DNA of 64,000 nt. Source: an uncultured Bacteroidaceae bacterium (GTDB taxonomy: Bacteria > Bacteroidota > Bacteroidia > Bacteroidales > Bacteroidaceae). Shown here piece after piece: positions 47,614-55,907 of this stretch (position 1 is its first letter; every line of letters starts with the position of its first letter). Below the pieces are notes generated by a model. It did no database searches, had not been told where the DNA came from, and was given only the letters and a program-made list of their open reading frames with translations. The position numbers were made by a program, and so were the translations under genes. The stretch is taken from contig CAKRRN010000008.1 of NCBI GenBank assembly GCA_934394435.1, positions 4,290-68,289 of the forward strand. Direction: 5' to 3'.

Positions 47614-48981
47614 TCACACGTATTTCTCTATTTGACTGAGATTCTTCTGCACATCCTCGTCCGTCAACTCATAGTTCTGCAACGAGCCAGAGAGGTATTG
47701 GTCATAAGCTGTCATATCTATAAGTCCGTGACCAGAGAGATTAAAGAGAATCACCTTCTCCTCACCCGACTCCTTGCACTTCTCTGCCTCGTTCACGGCT
47801 GCCGCTATGGCATGGCAACTCTCTGGAGCAGGAATGATACCCTCAGCACGAGCAAAAAGCATACCTGCCTTAAAGGAGTCGAGCTGCTTGATGTCCATAG
47901 CCTCCATCAGTCCGTCTTTAAGCAACTGGCTCACGATGACGCCTGCGCCATGATAGCGCAAGCCACCTGCATGTATGTTTGCAGGCATAAAGTTGTGACC
48001 CAGTGTGTACATGGGCAACAAAGGAGTGTACCCTGCCACATCGCCAAAGTCATATTGGAAGACTCCATGGGTCAACTTAGGACAGCTGGCTGGCTCGGCT
48101 GCCACGAAACGAGTATGCTTCCCTTCCAGAATATTATGACGCATAAAGGGAAACGAAATACCACCGAAATTCGAACCACCACCAAAACAGCCTATCACCA
48201 CATCAGGATACTCACCTGCCTTCTGCATCTGTTTCTCTGCCTCTAGACCGATAATGGTCTGATGCAGGGTTACATGGCTCAATACTGACCCAAGCGTATA
48301 CTTGCAGTTGGGAGTGTTCATGGCAAGTTCTATGGCCTCCGAGATGGCAGTCCCCAGCGAGCCTTGATTGTTGGGGTCCTTAGTCAAGATATCCTTACCT
48401 GCACGAGTCGACATAGATGGCGAGGCTGTCACCTGCGCACCGTACGTCTGCATGATGCTGCGTCGGTAAGGCTTCTGGTTGTAAGAGATCTTCACCTGAT
48501 AGACAGCAGCCTCCAAACCAAACACGCGCGCGGCATAACTGAGTGCTGCACCCCATTGTCCAGCACCTGTCTCAGTGGTGACATTGGTCACGCCCTGCTT
48601 CTTGCAGTAATAAGCCTGTGCTAAAGCAGAATTCAGCTTATGCGATCCCACGGGACTGACACTCTCGTTTTTGAAATAGATATGAGCAGGCGTACCCAAT
48701 GCCTTCTCCAGCCCATAAGCACGCACCAAAGGAGTAGAACGATAATACTTATACATATCTCTCACTTCCTCTGGAATGTCTATCCACGCATGCGTCTGAT
48801 CCAACTCCTGTCTAGCCAATTCCTCAGCGAAAATAGGAAACAGATCCTCAGCCTTCAAGGGTTGCTTGGTGGCAGGATTCAATGGGGGCAAAGGCTTATT
48901 CACCATATCCGCCTGTATGTTATACCACTGTGTAGGTATCTCTTCTTCCGTCAGAAAAAAACGCTTCTGCTTATTGCTCAT
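47614..48981 (-). CDS. trpB: TrpB-like PLP enzyme (tryptophan synthase beta, type 2)
   Basis: 455 aa from MSNKQKRFF (ATG at 48981; 48990 is a TTG). Contains GSHKLNSA (PLP lysine) and GCFGGGSNFGG. The long N-terminal extension is typical of TrpB2. No trpA is adjacent. Confidence 0.8.
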   Translation of the reverse strand: MSNKQKRFFLTEEEIPTQWYNIQADMVNKPLPPLNPATKQPLKAEDLFPIFAEELARQELDQTHAWIDIPEEVRDMYKYYRSTPLVRAYGLEKALGTPAHIYFKNESVSPVGSHKLNSALAQAYYCKKQGVTNVTTETGAGQWGAALSYAARVFGLEAAVYQVKISYNQKPYRRSIMQTYGAQVTASPSMSTRAGKDILTKDPNNQGSLGTAISEAIELAMNTPNCKYTLGSVLSHVTLHQTIIGLEAEKQMQKAGEYPDVVIGCFGGGSNFGGISFPFMRHNILEGKHTRFVAAEPASCPKLTHGVFQYDFGDVAGYTPLLPMYTLGHNFMPANIHAGGLRYHGAGVIVSQLLKDGLMEAMDIKQLDSFKAGMLFARAEGIIPAPESCHAIAAAVNEAEKCKESGEEKVILFNLSGHGLIDMTAYDQYLSGSLQNYELTDEDVQKNLSQIEKYV

Positions 48982-49533
48982 ATCTCTCAACTTTAATTAT
49001 ATATTCACACAGGATTATACACCGTAAGTGTAACGCACTACAAATTTACAAAATTATAAGCAAACATAAGCATTCCTCTGCCTATTTTTAATCTTCAGCC
49101 TACCATTTAGTGAGTCCCTACATTTTGCAACATATAAAAGTTTTATTGGACTGCATTTTTTAGAACTTCAATATTTAGAACTCCGATATTTCATTTTTAC
49201 CTTTCACAAAGTACATTCCGTACATATTGCGTTGGATTAGATTATTTAATTCAAATTAAAATCCTTTTATCAATTCTTTAAATTCGAAAACAACAATATC
49301 CGAACTTTGTCTGCTAACGGTTTTCTTTTCATACTTGACGATATTTCCAGCCCATCTTGTGGATTTCAAATCGGCTTTATTACGTTAACGATGATGTCCG
49401 CAGAAGATATCCTTGCATTTCTTGAGATGAAAGAAGAATCCATCTGTCTGATTTGTATCTTTACTTTGGTCTATGTTTCACCGAACCTCATTCGTTTGTT
49501 TTCCCTTCCATTCCCGTATCATTTCCGCTTCGT

Positions 49534-49665
49534 GATAGGAGCTTGATAGGAGAATGATAGGAGAACGATAGGAGAACGATAGGAGAACGATAGGAGAATG
49601 ATACGGAAACGATACGGAAACGATACGGAAACGATACGGAAACGATACGGAAACGATACCAAACT
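49534..49665. repeat. 12 tandem 11-bp units in two sub-blocks
   Basis: Six GATAGGAG(CTT/AAT/AAC) units at 49534-49599, five exact GATACGGAAAC units at 49600-49654, and a degenerate GATACCAAACT at 49655-49665. An inverted GATACGG-like copy lies at about 49513-49526. Confidence 0.9.
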
Positions 49666-49828
49666 CATACATAGAGAAGATGGCAACTATTTTATGGCTA
49701 TAGCCACAATGTGTACACAAGGACCAAATACCCCTGTGTTGCAAAAGTACATGAAAGCCGATATTAGAATTATCGTCAGCAATAAACCGTTATGGAAACA
49801 GGTATTTGAACAAAATTTGTAAGTAAAC

Positions 49829-49882
49829 AAAATGACACTTTGTAACAGCCCCTAATAGGACTTGCCACAAAGTGTCGTTTTT
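49829..49882. terminator. Bidirectional intrinsic terminator downstream of the lipoprotein gene
   Basis: Perfect 10-bp stem GACACTTTGT (49834-49843) / ACAAAGTGTC (49867-49876), flanked by an A-run 5' and GTTTTT 3'. It lies 73 nt after the minus-strand stop at 49956. Confidence 0.55.
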
Positions 49883-49955
49883 GTGAAGCGGGACTATAAC
49901 GTGTACCCAAATATTAGGTGCTATTTCTAACTTTTGGGATTTAACCAGAGGTTAT

Positions 49956-50339
49956 CTATTTGCTATTTTGTGGAGTAAGCATATCTGTAATCTTCTTGTC
50001 AGACCGATAGTATCGTTCATTTTTGAAAGTCAGATAGTTGTCACCTAAAACACCTTCCTTTATACCAATTATAAGTTTCTGCCCTACTACTCTATATTGT
50101 AGTTTTTCTATCAGTCGCAAAACCTTTGAATTATCATCAAGAGCATAGTATTCAACAGTTTCTTTACCGAAGTATAAGGCTGCAGCACTACCATCATTAA
50201 CATTCTCCTCACTAGCAAATTGATGTATCCAAACTGTTCCTGTCAAGGAACGTGAGTCTTCCTCATTCTTGTCGCAAGAGGACATAATGCATAGTATTGA
50301 TAGAAATAACAAATATAAGTATTTTCTAATTTTCCCCAT
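49956..50339 (-). CDS. Orphan lipoprotein (127 aa), unknown function
   Basis: MGKIRKYLYLLFLSILCIMSSC: signal peptide with a lipobox-like Cys. The gene is AT-rich and isolated between repeat arrays. Confidence 0.5.
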   Translation of the reverse strand: MGKIRKYLYLLFLSILCIMSSCDKNEEDSRSLTGTVWIHQFASEENVNDGSAAALYFGKETVEYYALDDNSKVLRLIEKLQYRVVGQKLIIGIKEGVLGDNYLTFKNERYYRSDKKITDMLTPQNSK

Positions 50340-50507
50340 AATTTGAATTTTCTTTAATTCTACCATTTTGTTACTTTTTTGATTAAACTTAATTTTTTTT
50401 CGAGTGCAAAATTATAATGTTATTATTGTCCATGCAAGTACAATCATCATGGGTCGGAGAAATTGAGGCATGAATCCCTATAAATCGCCGATGAACCTTA
50501 TCCAACT

Positions 50508-50702
50508 ACCCTACGAATCGTTCATAGGCGAAAATATTAGTCTTTTTTTCGAGCAGATTGTTTTCTGACGTGTCAAAGGCATAGTGGGCTATGTCAAAAC
50601 AAGTCTGGAAACAAGATGCCGGAAGAAAGGCTGATAGGGATTGGTAAGAACCATCCATCAGCAGGAATGGGTTCTTTGTTTCGGTCTAATGACCGATTTG
50701 GG
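50508..50702. mobile_element. MITE-like element, inverted copy of 24753-24949 with one degenerate TIR
   Basis: The right TIR TCTAATGACCGATTTGGG (50685-50702) is intact. The interior 50534-50684 aligns to the reverse complement of 24771-24921. The left end CCCTACGAATCGTTCATAGG is a decayed TIR. Confidence 0.6.
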
Positions 50703-50777
50703 TTAAATCTATCACTTACAAAAATAGGTAGTTTTTGGCCGGAATAGAAACCCTGACTAACAAAACACGAAAATCCA

Positions 50778-50859
50778 AGCTTATAGGATACATTGAAAAG
50801 TATCTTAAGATACTTCGCAAAGTATCCTAAGATACTTGGCCATGTATCTTAGGATACTT
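50778..50859. promoter_or_regulatory. Array of three 16-bp palindromes plus one half-site, phased at exactly 22 bp
   Basis: AGTATCTTAAGATACT (50799-50814, perfect), AGTATCCTAAGATACT (50821-50836), TGTATCTTAGGATACT (50843-50858) and the half-site TAGGATAC (50784-50791). Dyad centres are 22 bp apart. Confidence 0.55.
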
Positions 50860-50947
50860 TATGAGACTATTTTTTCATCCATCAGAACAATTCCAACGGA
50901 ACGTCTGGTGTCACCAGATTTGCTACTTTATCGGAGAGGAAGAGACT

Positions 50948-51817
50948 TCAGATACGATCAAGCACTTCTTTTATCAAAGTGTCTATAGTACTTTTGTAGC
51001 CCACATTTGCCTCTTTTGCCACACGATTGGCAATCACCATGCAACAGGTGGTGGCTCTGTGACCAAGAAGTTTACTCAAACCGGCAAGAGCTGAAGACTC
51101 CATCTCGAAGTTGGTTATCCGCAGTCCCTCATACTCGAAGCACTCCACCTTGGCATTCTGATCGGGATCTGCCAATGGAATACGGAGTCTGCGCCCCTGA
51201 GGACCATAAAAACCGCCACAGGCAATGGTGATGCCATGTACCATATCCTCGCCTGCTATGCGTGCGGTCAACTCTGGATCTGCCTCGATAACATAGGGAG
51301 CACACAGAAGCGGATTCCAATGCATATGCTCCGTAAAGGCTTTCTCAAGCGCAAGATCACACACCTCATTACGCCCAGCATAGAAATTGAGTAAACCGTC
51401 AAAACCGATACTCTTCTCGCTGATAATGAACGTGCCAACGGGCGTATAAGGCTGTAGACCTCCACACGTGCCCACACGTACAATCTCCAACGAGGTTTTC
51501 TCCGTTTTCTCCGTACGGCTGTTGAAATCGATATTTACCAAGGCATCTAGTTCGTTTACAACAATATCAATATTGTCACAACCGATACCCGTGCTCACAA
51601 CCGAAATTCTCTTTCCTTGATACATTCCTGTCACAGAATGAAACTCGCGGCTCTGTACCTCCATCTCCAAGTCTGTAAGATGTGAGGCTACAAGACTCAC
51701 CCTGCCTGGATCACCAACCAGAATGACCTTTTGTGCAAGTTGCTCTGGTCTTAGATGTAAATGGAAAACGCTACCATCCTGATTGAGGATGAATTCAGAT
51801 TCTTCAAATCGTCTCAT
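50948..51817 (-). CDS. Nucleoside phosphorylase (PNP_UDP_1 family, uridine phosphorylase-like)
   Basis: 289 aa. VILVGDPGRV, TGIGCDNIDIV and RVGTCGGL blocks, and a C-terminal EMESSAL motif. Confidence 0.8.
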   Translation of the reverse strand: MRRFEESEFILNQDGSVFHLHLRPEQLAQKVILVGDPGRVSLVASHLTDLEMEVQSREFHSVTGMYQGKRISVVSTGIGCDNIDIVVNELDALVNIDFNSRTEKTEKTSLEIVRVGTCGGLQPYTPVGTFIISEKSIGFDGLLNFYAGRNEVCDLALEKAFTEHMHWNPLLCAPYVIEADPELTARIAGEDMVHGITIACGGFYGPQGRRLRIPLADPDQNAKVECFEYEGLRITNFEMESSALAGLSKLLGHRATTCCMVIANRVAKEANVGYKSTIDTLIKEVLDRI

Positions 51818-51867
51818 GGTGCTATAGGTATTTTATTTTGTTTCTTTTTTTTGTAAAGGAGTCAGAC

Positions 51868-53118
51868 TTACTTCTCGAGCTCAGTCTTGCGCAAGAGTTT
51901 CTCTTGCTTCCTCATGTCAGCCTGTTGCTGTTCGAACTTAGCTTCCAGAATGCGAATCTGAGGAGCAAGTGTCGCCTTGTTGGGCTTGCTTGCCTGTGCA
52001 TACTGGTCGCGAAGCTTCTGCAGTTCGGTAGCCGTCTTCTCGGTCTCCTTACGCGATTCAAGCAGCCATGACATCATCTCACGCGCCTTAGCGTTATGGA
52101 AATCATCAAGAGTCTGGCAGATGTGACTGTCGTTGACCACGAAATAGAAGTCTCCCTTCTTTTCAGAATGCGTCCCCTCTCCCTTCAGCGAACTAAGTCT
52201 CTGCTGCGCCTGCTTCACCATCTTCTGATCTGTCCATGTATCACGAATACTGGCTATGCGTGCTAGACTTCTCAACTGGAACTCTTCTACAGCCCCTTCC
52301 TCATACGTTCTGCGTGTCTCGTTGGGAATGAAAGTATACAGGCACACGTAGCCCTCAGCCTGGTTACGGTCTGTGGCAAACCATCCAAGATTATTGAACT
52401 CATCTATGGCAAAGAGATAATCATTTGCAGGAGAATTGAAAGGCATTCCCAGATTTTCGGGCGTCAGATATTTGTGCTCATCTGCATCATAACGAGTCAT
52501 ATAAATGTCGTACCCCCCTAGACTCTCCTCATTCTGCGCAGCAAAATAGAGTGTCTGTCCGTCAGAAAGCATAAAGGGGTAGTTCAGATTATCCTCGTCA
52601 TCATCGTCAATGCCGCGCAAAGGAGAAGGCTTCGACCACTCATCGCCATTCAAGACACTCTCATAAAGTTTCAGCACACCACCCTTGTCGAGTGCAGAAA
52701 ACACTATCTTATTCTTCAACTGGTTTTCAAACACCACACAGTCAGGCGCATCCTTCTTTCCGAAATAATGCTCATAAGTATCTACCGTTCCGCTCTCCGA
52801 ACCAAGTGTAAGAGCCTCGAGCAACTTCGATTTGGAGAGCACCAGACTGTCGATGATAGTCACACGCTCCGTGGCATGTAACTTCACGCTGTTCTTCTGT
52901 GCCACCTCCAACAGACTATCCTCTGTCTCTGTTGACTTTCTTTTCTTTTCAAGCAAATTTATTTTCTGTTGCAGAAGCTCCTCGGCCTTCGTAAAATCGT
53001 ATTGCAACATAGCCTCCCTAATGGGCGCATCAAGTTCCTCAGCGCTAACCTTTCCCCTCTGGGCAGAAACATTAGCACAACACACTGAGAATATAGCTGC
53101 TAACAGATACTTATTCAT
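51868..53118 (-). CDS. Secreted hypothetical protein (416 aa)
   Basis: Signal peptide MNKYLLAAIFSVCCANVSAQ. Mid-region LSDGQTLYFAAQNEESLGGYDIYMTRYD resembles TolB/PD40-type repeats. The C-terminal tail is coiled-coil-like. Confidence 0.55.
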   Translation of the reverse strand: MNKYLLAAIFSVCCANVSAQRGKVSAEELDAPIREAMLQYDFTKAEELLQQKINLLEKKRKSTETEDSLLEVAQKNSVKLHATERVTIIDSLVLSKSKLLEALTLGSESGTVDTYEHYFGKKDAPDCVVFENQLKNKIVFSALDKGGVLKLYESVLNGDEWSKPSPLRGIDDDDEDNLNYPFMLSDGQTLYFAAQNEESLGGYDIYMTRYDADEHKYLTPENLGMPFNSPANDYLFAIDEFNNLGWFATDRNQAEGYVCLYTFIPNETRRTYEEGAVEEFQLRSLARIASIRDTWTDQKMVKQAQQRLSSLKGEGTHSEKKGDFYFVVNDSHICQTLDDFHNAKAREMMSWLLESRKETEKTATELQKLRDQYAQASKPNKATLAPQIRILEAKFEQQQADMRKQEKLLRKTELEK

Positions 53119-53122
53119 TCTT

Positions 53123-53488
53123 TCACTTAAATATAAAATAGACTGCCAAAACTAAGCAAACCATAGCCGCAAGGTGGTTCCAATGCAACTGCTGCCCCTG
53201 AAACAAGACATTGGCAACCAAGCAAAAGACCACAAGCGAGATAACCTCTTGGATAATTTTGAGCTGCATAAGCGTAAACGGACCACCATTCCCCTCGAAG
53301 CCAATTCTGTTGGCTGGCACCTGGAAACAATACTCCAAAAAGGCAATACCCCAGGAAAAAGCGATAACAGCGATGAGGGGCCACGATTTCGTGACTCCCA
53401 CATCCTGCATCTTCAGATGGCCATACCAAGCCAAAGTCATAAAGAGGTTACTGCAAACGAGCAGTCCAACCGTCTGAATTCCTCTCAT
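53123..53488 (-). CDS. DMT-superfamily small membrane protein (DUF486-like)
   Basis: 121 aa, 4 TM. N-terminus LLVCSNLFMTLAWYGHLK. The start overlaps the upstream stop by 4 nt. Confidence 0.65.
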   Translation of the reverse strand: MRGIQTVGLLVCSNLFMTLAWYGHLKMQDVGVTKSWPLIAVIAFSWGIAFLEYCFQVPANRIGFEGNGGPFTLMQLKIIQEVISLVVFCLVANVLFQGQQLHWNHLAAMVCLVLAVYFIFK

Positions 53489-55860
53489 TTACCAATCAAA
53501 TACTGATTCATGGCTGCGGCAGCACGTCTGCCATCACCCATGGCAAGGATAACCGTAGCACCTCCACGCACGATATCGCCACCAGCAAATATCATGGGGA
53601 TGTTGGTCTGCATACCCTCGTTTACTACAATTGTATTCTTTCTGCCTAATTCCAGACCTTGTATAGAGGTGGGAACAATAGGATTGGGCGATACACCTAC
53701 AGCCACAATAGCTTGATCTATGGCTATCGTCTCTGTGGCTCCAGGAATGGGTCGTGGACTTCTGCGACCAGAAGCATCTGGCTCGCCAAGCTCCATTTTC
53801 TGCAACACCACCTCCGTAACATTGCCTTTCTCATCGGCATGATACTCGATAGGATTGTGCAGAGTAAGGAACTCTATACCCTCCTCTTTCGCATGCTTCA
53901 CCTCCTCCAGTCGCGCAGGCATCTCTGCCTCGCTACGACGATAGGCAATAAACACACGCTCTGCACCCAAACGCTTAGCTGTTCGGCAACTATCCATAGC
54001 CGTGTTGCCACCACCTACAACCATCACACTCTTGGCCTTGCGGATAGGAGTAGCATATGCAGGATTAGAGGCATCCATCAGATTCACACGAGTCAAATAC
54101 TCGTTGGAGCTCATAATGCCATTGGAGTTCTCACCAGGGATACCCATAAAATTGGGAAGTCCGGCACCCGAACCAACAAAAATGCCCTGGAAGCCCTGCT
54201 GCTCCAGTTCGTCTACCGTGATGGTCTTGCCCACCACACAGTCTTTCTGGAACTTCACACCTATCTTCTCCAGATTGCTGATTTCCACATCTACAATCTT
54301 ATTGGGCAAACGGAATTCTGGGATACCATACTTCAGCACACCACCAATCTCATGCAAAGCCTCGAACACGGTCACATCATAGCCTGCCTTCGCCATGTCT
54401 CCAGCAAAACTCAGTCCGCTGGGTCCAGAACCGATAACAGCCACTTTCTTACCGTTCTTCTCTGCCACTTCGGGCAAAGCCATACATCCGCTCTCGCGCT
54501 CAAAGTCTGCGGCAAAACGCTCCAGGTTACCAATAGCCACAGCTGGCTCGTTCATCTTCAGATGTATACACTGGCTCTCACACTGCTTTTCCTGCGGACA
54601 TACACGTCCGCACACAGCTGGCAGAGCCGATGTGCTCTTCAAAACGCGAGCCGCATTCAGGAACTCTCCACGTTCGATATTCTTGATAAACGATGGAATA
54701 TTGATACTCACAGGACAGCCTTTCATACAGGTTGGATTAGCACAGTCCAGACATCTCTTTGCCTCGGTCATTGCCTGCTCCACAGTCAAGCCTTGATTCA
54801 CCTCCTCAACACGAGTGGTAGCACGATAAGTAGGATCTAATTCTGGCATCTTGCACCGCTCTATCTGAGTACGCTCCTTAGCTTTCATACTCTTGCGCAA
54901 CTGCTCACGATAGGGAGCCGAACGGTCTATCAGCTCTGCCACAGGTGTAGTGGTATCCATTTGCTCCACGCTCAAGGGAGCCACAGGAGCTTTCTCAGCC
55001 TTAGCTGATACAACCTCCTCCGCAGGAGCTTCACCACGAAGTGCTCTCTGATAAGCCTCCATTGCAGCTAATTCCTCTGCCTTGAATGCACCACCACGCT
55101 GGAGCATCTCGTTAAAGTCCACCTGATGTCCGTCAAACTCAGGACCATCCACACAAACGAACTTGGTCTTGCCACCCACGCTGATACGACACGCACCACA
55201 CATACCCGTACCATCTACCATAATGGTATTGAGCGATACATCGGTGGGAATCTCATATTTCTTGGTCAGCAGGCAGCAGAACTTCATCATGATGGCAGGA
55301 CCGATAGCAAAGCATTTATCCACCTTTTCACGCTGGATAACCTCTTCCATACCAACCGTCACCACACCCTGCTTGCCATAAGATCCATCATCTGTCATGA
55401 TGATTACCTCGTCAGAACTCTTGCGCACCTCATCCTCAAGGATTATCAAGTCCTTACTGCGGCCAGCAATAACGCTTATCACACGGTTGCCAGCGGCCTT
55501 GAGAGCCTGAATGATAGGCAACATAGGAGCAGTGCCCACACCACCTCCAGCACACAAGACTGTGCCATAGTTCTCGATATGAGTGGCCTTACCCAAAGGA
55601 CCCACCACATCTGCAATATAATCACCTTCTTTGAGCGCACACAACTGACTGGTGCTCGCACCCACAGTTTGGATGACCAAAGTAATGGTGCCCTTCTGCA
55701 CGTCGCTTCCTGCTATGGTAAGCGGAACACGCTCGCCCTTCTCGTCCACACGAACAATTACAAAATGTCCTGCACGACGTGCCTTGGCTATAAGAGGAGC
55801 TTCCACCTCCAGTTTGAACACCTTCTCCGAAAACTGTGTTTTGCTTATTATTTTATTCAT
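53485..55860 (-). CDS. Fusion of PyrK/NfnA-like FAD/NAD(P)-binding [2Fe-2S] protein and GltD/NfnB-like NADPH oxidoreductase
   Basis: The N-terminal about 280 aa carry GHFVIVRVDEKGERVPLTIAG and the CGACRISVGGKTKFVCVDGPEF cluster. The C-terminal part carries Cys-rich 4Fe-4S motifs (CLDCANPTCMKGCP, CGRVCPQEKQCESQC) and two Rossmann motifs (VAVIGSGPSGL, VMVVGGGNTAMD). Confidence 0.85.
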   Translation of the reverse strand: MNKIISKTQFSEKVFKLEVEAPLIAKARRAGHFVIVRVDEKGERVPLTIAGSDVQKGTITLVIQTVGASTSQLCALKEGDYIADVVGPLGKATHIENYGTVLCAGGGVGTAPMLPIIQALKAAGNRVISVIAGRSKDLIILEDEVRKSSDEVIIMTDDGSYGKQGVVTVGMEEVIQREKVDKCFAIGPAIMMKFCCLLTKKYEIPTDVSLNTIMVDGTGMCGACRISVGGKTKFVCVDGPEFDGHQVDFNEMLQRGGAFKAEELAAMEAYQRALRGEAPAEEVVSAKAEKAPVAPLSVEQMDTTTPVAELIDRSAPYREQLRKSMKAKERTQIERCKMPELDPTYRATTRVEEVNQGLTVEQAMTEAKRCLDCANPTCMKGCPVSINIPSFIKNIERGEFLNAARVLKSTSALPAVCGRVCPQEKQCESQCIHLKMNEPAVAIGNLERFAADFERESGCMALPEVAEKNGKKVAVIGSGPSGLSFAGDMAKAGYDVTVFEALHEIGGVLKYGIPEFRLPNKIVDVEISNLEKIGVKFQKDCVVGKTITVDELEQQGFQGIFVGSGAGLPNFMGIPGENSNGIMSSNEYLTRVNLMDASNPAYATPIRKAKSVMVVGGGNTAMDSCRTAKRLGAERVFIAYRRSEAEMPARLEEVKHAKEEGIEFLTLHNPIEYHADEKGNVTEVVLQKMELGEPDASGRRSPRPIPGATETIAIDQAIVAVGVSPNPIVPTSIQGLELGRKNTIVVNEGMQTNIPMIFAGGDIVRGGATVILAMGDGRRAAAAMNQYLIGK

Positions 55861-55872
55861 CTGTCTGATTCT

Positions 55873-55905
55873 GTTGTTGGATGGTTGTTGGATGGTTGTT
55901 GGACA
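55873..55905. repeat. 3 x 11-bp tandem repeat in the leader of the Nfn-like gene
   Basis: GTTGTTGGATG at 55873 and 55884, and GTTGTTGGACA at 55895. On the coding (minus) strand this reads CCAACAACCAT x2-3, ending 12 nt before the ATG. Confidence 0.85.
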
Positions 55906-55907
55906 AT

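Noticed and set aside
49534-49665. Considered as a CRISPR array.
   Set aside because: The units are only 11 bp and directly abut each other with no spacers. No cas genes are in the window.
49478-49822. ORFs 49598-49822 (+, 74 aa) and 49478-49744 (-, 88 aa) running through the tandem repeat.
   Set aside because: Their periodic peptide sequence (IRKRYGNDTET... / IVSVSFPYRFR...) is just the 11-bp repeat read in three frames, and there is no independent coding signal.
53659-54840. 393-aa plus-strand ORF antisense to the Nfn-like gene. 55126-55935 (269 aa) is similar.
   Set aside because: It has H/T/L/R-rich composition with no motif, and the opposite strand encodes a protein with unmistakable Fe-S and Rossmann motifs.
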